DNA from: Wickerhamiella versatilis | Taxonomy: Eukaryota | Assembly: GCA_030867685.1 (NCBI GenBank) | Contig: JAQOWU010000008.1 | Span: forward strand, 3,224,001 to 3,288,000 | Length of the DNA stretch: 64,000 nucleotides | Direction: 5' to 3' | Shown: positions 59,980-64,000 of the stretch, piece by piece | Layout of the letters: every line of letters begins with the position of its first letter | Position numbering within the stretch: the stretch's first letter is position 1 | The notes under the pieces: model-generated | The model's input: the letters and a program-made list of their open reading frames with translations, nothing else | What the model was told of the DNA's origin: nothing | Database searches by the model: none | Translations under genes and position numbers: made by a program

Positions 59980-62355
59980 TTAAGCCGATATCTGCCGATG
60001 AATTGAGTTACGGGCTGAGTTACGTGAGGACATAGTCCGACGAGACCTAAGGGTCCCTGCAGTGCGTAAACGCGATGTTACGGTAGTTCCTGCTCTCTGA
60101 AGTATGCTTGGCTGGCCCTCTGATGGATTTGCCATTTTTTGAGGGTTGCGCACACGCCCTTCCTGCTCCTTGTCTCGGCTTCTAAGGTCCTTATGCTTGA
60201 GAAGAATAGCCCTGTCAACTTTGTAAGGTAGGGCACGATGTCGAGACCGAACCATCACAAATATTATGATGAGTTTGCCCAACTTGGAAAAGCCACCAGA
60301 CAAGGACAAAGACCCATAGCCCATACTAAATCCCACGGTACCATAAGCACTTGAAACCTCATACAGAACATCAAATAGACTAAATTCGTTACGAGTTATA
60401 GGTCCGCCTTCAGTAATAGCGATCAGCACGAACGCAAAGGCGAAACCCCACAAGTCACTACCAAGCTGACGACGAATGTGGTCAATCAGAGGAGGGGGAC
60501 GAGCCTCATCTCTATGCTGACGGCCCTCGTCATCCTCAAAATAGAATGTTCCTAGGGTCTGTTCCTCATAAACATTCGATTGACGAATGGACATAGCCAC
60601 AGGGTAGATTGCAATGTACATCGACAATATGTTTATTGCTAGCACCGCTGGATGTTGTTTCGAGATAGTAATACTCGTTAACCCCGCCGTACGGCTGGAA
60701 ATAGACTGGAACCATGCGGTAAGCAAACGGTAGTTGGATGGCAATTGATCCGGGGAGTGAACTCCAGTATTCAAAATCATATAGAGTGTTATTTCCGCGG
60801 TTACCATTGCGAGAAGTGTCAACCCAAGCTTGATCGTCGTACTGAAAGGGAATAACAGCATGAAAAACCGCCTCGGATGATCAAGCACGAACCCAAGGGT
60901 TTCGCGAAGGCGCCCATAGTACGGGCAGCAGTTAAAGATAATCCTAATGTATAGCCGGAATAGGATAGGAACTCCGACACTTCCGGCAAATATCAAGAAA
61001 GAAAGAACAAGAGGTACATAAGCACTGGCATTGAAAGGCTCTATTGACGCTGGTATCAAAGACAACCCACAATTATTAAACGCACTAAAGGCAATGCTGA
61101 AAGAAAACCACGCAGGGTTGATACCATTAGAGAATATCATTTCTCGGTAGGTTCCGCGAGAATACGTCCACGCCAGGAGCATCACAAGAGGCAAAACTAT
61201 TACGATAATCACATAGGACGGAATCAGCCACAAAAGCGTCAAGAGTGCGCGATACTCTATACCACCAAGCTCTTCTCTTTGCTCCGATGATAGTCCAACA
61301 AACGCAGAATTACGACCGACCGTTGGCTGCCAGCTGAGATATCGAGCGGTCATGGTTCTTCCAAAATCCCTAGGCTGCGTATTAGAGGTGAATGAATTAG
61401 ATCTTTCATTCATTCGTCTGTCATCGGCTTCGTCATTTTCATCAACCATAGAATCTCCATCAGAATCGTTATGCGTTGTATACACGGGGACATTTCGAAT
61501 ACCTTGCGCCTCCTCTGCCTCGATATCCTGTGGGCTCTTTATCACCAAGGCAGGGCCGTCATCCTCGTCCATATCATCATGACGCTGCGCGTGCTGCATC
61601 ATGTTTAGTGACCGGTACATATCATGAGGATTACGCTCATGATGTGGCACTGGTAGGCTCCCAAAACGAATGTCACGGTTATTTTGATGATTTGGTCGAT
61701 CCTCAGGCTGATTTTGTTTTTCCTCGTTACCTTCATCAGAACCGCTTGCAGCTTCAGTTGCAGATGGGTGCCGCTGATTTGTCTTACTTGAATTATCCTC
61801 ATCGTCTTTAGTCCCAAGATCCAGTGCTTCATTGACTGGCGGTGGACGCACATCAGCATCCCGAGCCCATGTATGGGTTCGCCGTACCCGACTTTGCAAT
61901 TTTGATAGCTCATTGACATCTGTCAATTGCCTTTCCATCACAGTTAAATGCCAGAGAACCAATGCGTAGTTCACAGTTAAGGGATGGGTAAAAATCGGAG
62001 GAATAAATAAGAAAATTTGTTGATAAAGCTTGAGATTGTTCATATTGACGGTATTCAGCCCCGTGATAGTCATTGCGGAGACTCCTTGGAAAAGAGCATC
62101 GATGTATGCAATATTTCTCTCCCCATAGAGTATGACACTGATAACAATGCTCCATAGAATTATGTATACATAATGCAAACCAATAAAACTGGTCGATATA
62201 GAGTACGCAGCCTGCTTCAGGCGCGCCCACAAGTTTCTGGACACATGCCGGATGCGTTCCATGAGTCCTTCGTCCTCATCCCACTGAAACACAGGTATCC
62301 GCCGACTATTAACGGTCGAAGTTCGGCGGAATACCGGCAAGAAATCACTCGACAT
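59980..62355 (-). CDS. Trk-family potassium transporter
   Basis: Four Gly pore loops (TITGLN, FNNCG, SRTAG, YGTVG); EELGGIEYRAL; NVYEEQTLG. Confidence 0.93.
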   Translation of the reverse strand: MSSDFLPVFRRTSTVNSRRIPVFQWDEDEGLMERIRHVSRNLWARLKQAAYSISTSFIGLHYVYIILWSIVISVILYGERNIAYIDALFQGVSAMTITGLNTVNMNNLKLYQQIFLFIPPIFTHPLTVNYALVLWHLTVMERQLTDVNELSKLQSRVRRTHTWARDADVRPPPVNEALDLGTKDDEDNSSKTNQRHPSATEAASGSDEGNEEKQNQPEDRPNHQNNRDIRFGSLPVPHHERNPHDMYRSLNMMQHAQRHDDMDEDDGPALVIKSPQDIEAEEAQGIRNVPVYTTHNDSDGDSMVDENDEADDRRMNERSNSFTSNTQPRDFGRTMTARYLSWQPTVGRNSAFVGLSSEQREELGGIEYRALLTLLWLIPSYVIIVIVLPLVMLLAWTYSRGTYREMIFSNGINPAWFSFSIAFSAFNNCGLSLIPASIEPFNASAYVPLVLSFLIFAGSVGVPILFRLYIRIIFNCCPYYGRLRETLGFVLDHPRRFFMLLFPFSTTIKLGLTLLAMVTAEITLYMILNTGVHSPDQLPSNYRLLTAWFQSISSRTAGLTSITISKQHPAVLAINILSMYIAIYPVAMSIRQSNVYEEQTLGTFYFEDDEGRQHRDEARPPPLIDHIRRQLGSDLWGFAFAFVLIAITEGGPITRNEFSLFDVLYEVSSAYGTVGFSMGYGSLSLSGGFSKLGKLIIIFVMVRSRHRALPYKVDRAILLKHKDLRSRDKEQEGRVRNPQKMANPSEGQPSILQRAGTTVTSRLRTAGTLRSRRTMSSRNSARNSIHRQISA

Positions 62356-62575
62356 TGCAGTCAGCGACCACGTGACTAAGAGAGAAACTCATCTCGGATA
62401 GATCTCTCATAAGGTGGGACTTTCGTATAAAAAAAACATTTCTGATGTATCACTAAGAAATTAATCCACTTGTGTTGCTGCGTTGCTGTTCAATTGGCTA
62501 TGACTGAAAATACTAGGCAGATTTATTATAGAAATTGCATCCAAGAACTTAGCTAATTCTTGCCACTTGCATGCT

Positions 62576-63121
62576 ATGACGGGAAAAACTTCTGTTCGCT
62601 TGATGGCGCCATTTGCAATGCGATGTACGCACTGCGAAGGATTTGTTTATCGGGGAACGAAATTCAATGCTCGGAAAAAGAATACGGGTGAGAACTATCT
62701 TGGCATCTCCATCGTAGCCTTCTCAATTCGCTGTCCAAGCTGTGGGAGTGAGATAATTTTTAGAACGGACCCTGCATCGTCTGGATACGTTATACAATCA
62801 GGTGCAAGCAGGCTTGTGGCAGAATCAGAGGGTAAAACCGAATCACCATCCCAACGCTTAAATCGCCTCGAGAAAGAGAAGGAGGCCGAGGTACGTGGTC
62901 ATGCCCACGATACTTTGAGTGATTATGAGAAGGCGAATTTGCAGAGGCAGCGCGAAGCTGCCAAGGACCGTGAACTGATTGCCCTTAAGCAACAGATGTC
63001 GTCATCAAACAAGACGACCGCTTCGAATCAAATTGGTCCTGAATCGAAAGTTGAGCACCGACTCCCTAAGGTAATTCTACCACAGCCTAAGCGTCGGAAG
63101 GCTGCTAGCGCTTCCCAGTAA
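62576..63121 (+). CDS. YJU2: Step-1 splicing factor Yju2/Cwc16, apparently shortened at the N-terminus
   Basis: VRLMAPFAMRCTHC, GTKFNARK, YLGISI and CPSCGSEIIFRTDP zinc-binding core. Confidence 0.85.
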   Translation: MTGKTSVRLMAPFAMRCTHCEGFVYRGTKFNARKKNTGENYLGISIVAFSIRCPSCGSEIIFRTDPASSGYVIQSGASRLVAESEGKTESPSQRLNRLEKEKEAEVRGHAHDTLSDYEKANLQRQREAAKDRELIALKQQMSSSNKTTASNQIGPESKVEHRLPKVILPQPKRRKAASASQ

Positions 63122-63422
63122 AAACCTTGGTCGGTGGCTTTATTCGAGACGCTACTCGTTGTCTTGGTAATTCTGAGGCTAAGGTGTTTTTGAAGGAGCG
63201 TGGCGAACTTAACGTATTATTTATGGGTTTCTCTTGGTATTCCACCATTTGCGCGTTTGTATAGATGCCACACATCATACGTGCAACCCCCTCCGATGTA
63301 ACGGCGATGTCGTTACTCAAGGCGCACTCATCAGCAAGCGAATCAGCAAGACCAGCAAGCAGGGCATCAAATTGCCCGATACTTGGCGCTAGATATTCCA
63401 TGAGCCCCGGTTGGTCAATCAT
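63105..63422 (-). CDS. DAM1: Divergent DASH-complex subunit Dam1
   Basis: LAPSIGQF...SEGVARMMCGIYTNAQMVEYQEKP matches the Dam1 core pattern (SE.xAxxxxGxxxNAxxVxxxxxP); start uncertain. Confidence 0.55.
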   Translation of the reverse strand: MIDQPGLMEYLAPSIGQFDALLAGLADSLADECALSNDIAVTSEGVARMMCGIYTNAQMVEYQEKPINNTLSSPRSFKNTLASELPRQRVASRIKPPTKVFTGKR

Positions 63423-63713
63423 GTAGACGCTCGTACTTTGGGACGTCGCAATTATGAAGTTGTTAATTGGAGTCGTCACATCGCGTCGCACCAGTGTATT
63501 TCGAAGGATACAAAATGCTCCTGATCGCGAAGGTAACGATACTAATATAAAAATTAGATGGCACACGACAGAACTAATGACCAAATAATCGCATTTATGA
63601 GATATGCAGCTATTTAACAAAGACCTCTATACAGTAATCGAAATCGCTTTTTTTCAAGAACTTTCTTTAATTTAATAATTTCATTTAATTAAGATTTTCA
63701 TATGTGCGGTTTA

Positions 63714-64000
63714 TCATATCAAGACCAAATCAGGAATGTCGAAATGAAAGAATATATTGTGAGTATCAACGATAGGAACCTTCGCAGGTGTCTCGCTGGA
63801 CAGTTGGTTTTCTTCATCCTGTAATGGTTTGTCGTCAGACCGTACCTCACTTAACTCGGCCAACAGAGCCTGCTGATTGTCCGAACTTCCTCCAATGCCC
63901 GTATTAACCAATGCCCTTCTGGACCATTCACTCAGAATTCCAGCAAAATGGAATTCCACTGGCTGTGATGCGTATTTTGTTAATTCTTGCATCAAGTCCC
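63714..64000 (-). CDS. C-terminal end (STAS region) of a SulP sulfate permease, Sul1/Sul2-like; partial
   Basis: VEFHFAGILSEWSRRAL and terminal FFHFDIPD. Confidence 0.85.
   Translation of the reverse strand, partial: DLMQELTKYASQPVEFHFAGILSEWSRRALVNTGIGGSSDNQQALLAELSEVRSDDKPLQDEENQLSSETPAKVPIVDTHNIFFHFDIPDLVLI

Noticed and set aside
16157..62355. An osmotolerance gene cluster (aquaglyceroporin, FFZ1, PBS2, TRK)
   Set aside because: Spread over about 46 kb among many unrelated housekeeping genes; only PBS2 and TRK are adjacent

Overview
A gene-dense stretch of a budding-yeast chromosome with about 37 protein-coding genes (two cut by the window edges). I saw no introns in coding regions. The genetic code is standard (CTG encodes a conserved Leu in NOG1). 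Most genes are housekeeping: NOG1, TAF7, MTF1, SNF2, BMT2, RSM10, ARG1, SIT4, DBP7, GCN3, MEF2, SLA1, CCL1, VPH1, BUB2, URA2, LHS1, PBS2 and a TRK transporter. An Ffz1-type fructose facilitator, a bacterial-type zinc alcohol dehydrogenase and the extreme compaction suggest a fructophilic Wickerhamiella/Starmerella-like yeast (inference). Most notable: (1) the bacterial-like ADH sits tail-to-tail with a small, atypical homeodomain gene between BUB2 and URA2; (2) six head-to-head gene pairs have only 41-67 bp between start codons, and three of them pair a nuclear/cytosolic gene-expression factor with a mitochondrial counterpart; (3) a TGCT(G/T)AC motif recurs next to many start codons; (4) Yju2 lacks its conserved N-terminus; (5) a degenerate questin-oxidase-like gene. 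I found no tRNA, rRNA, transposon or CRISPR array. All product calls come from motif recognition by eye, not database searches.
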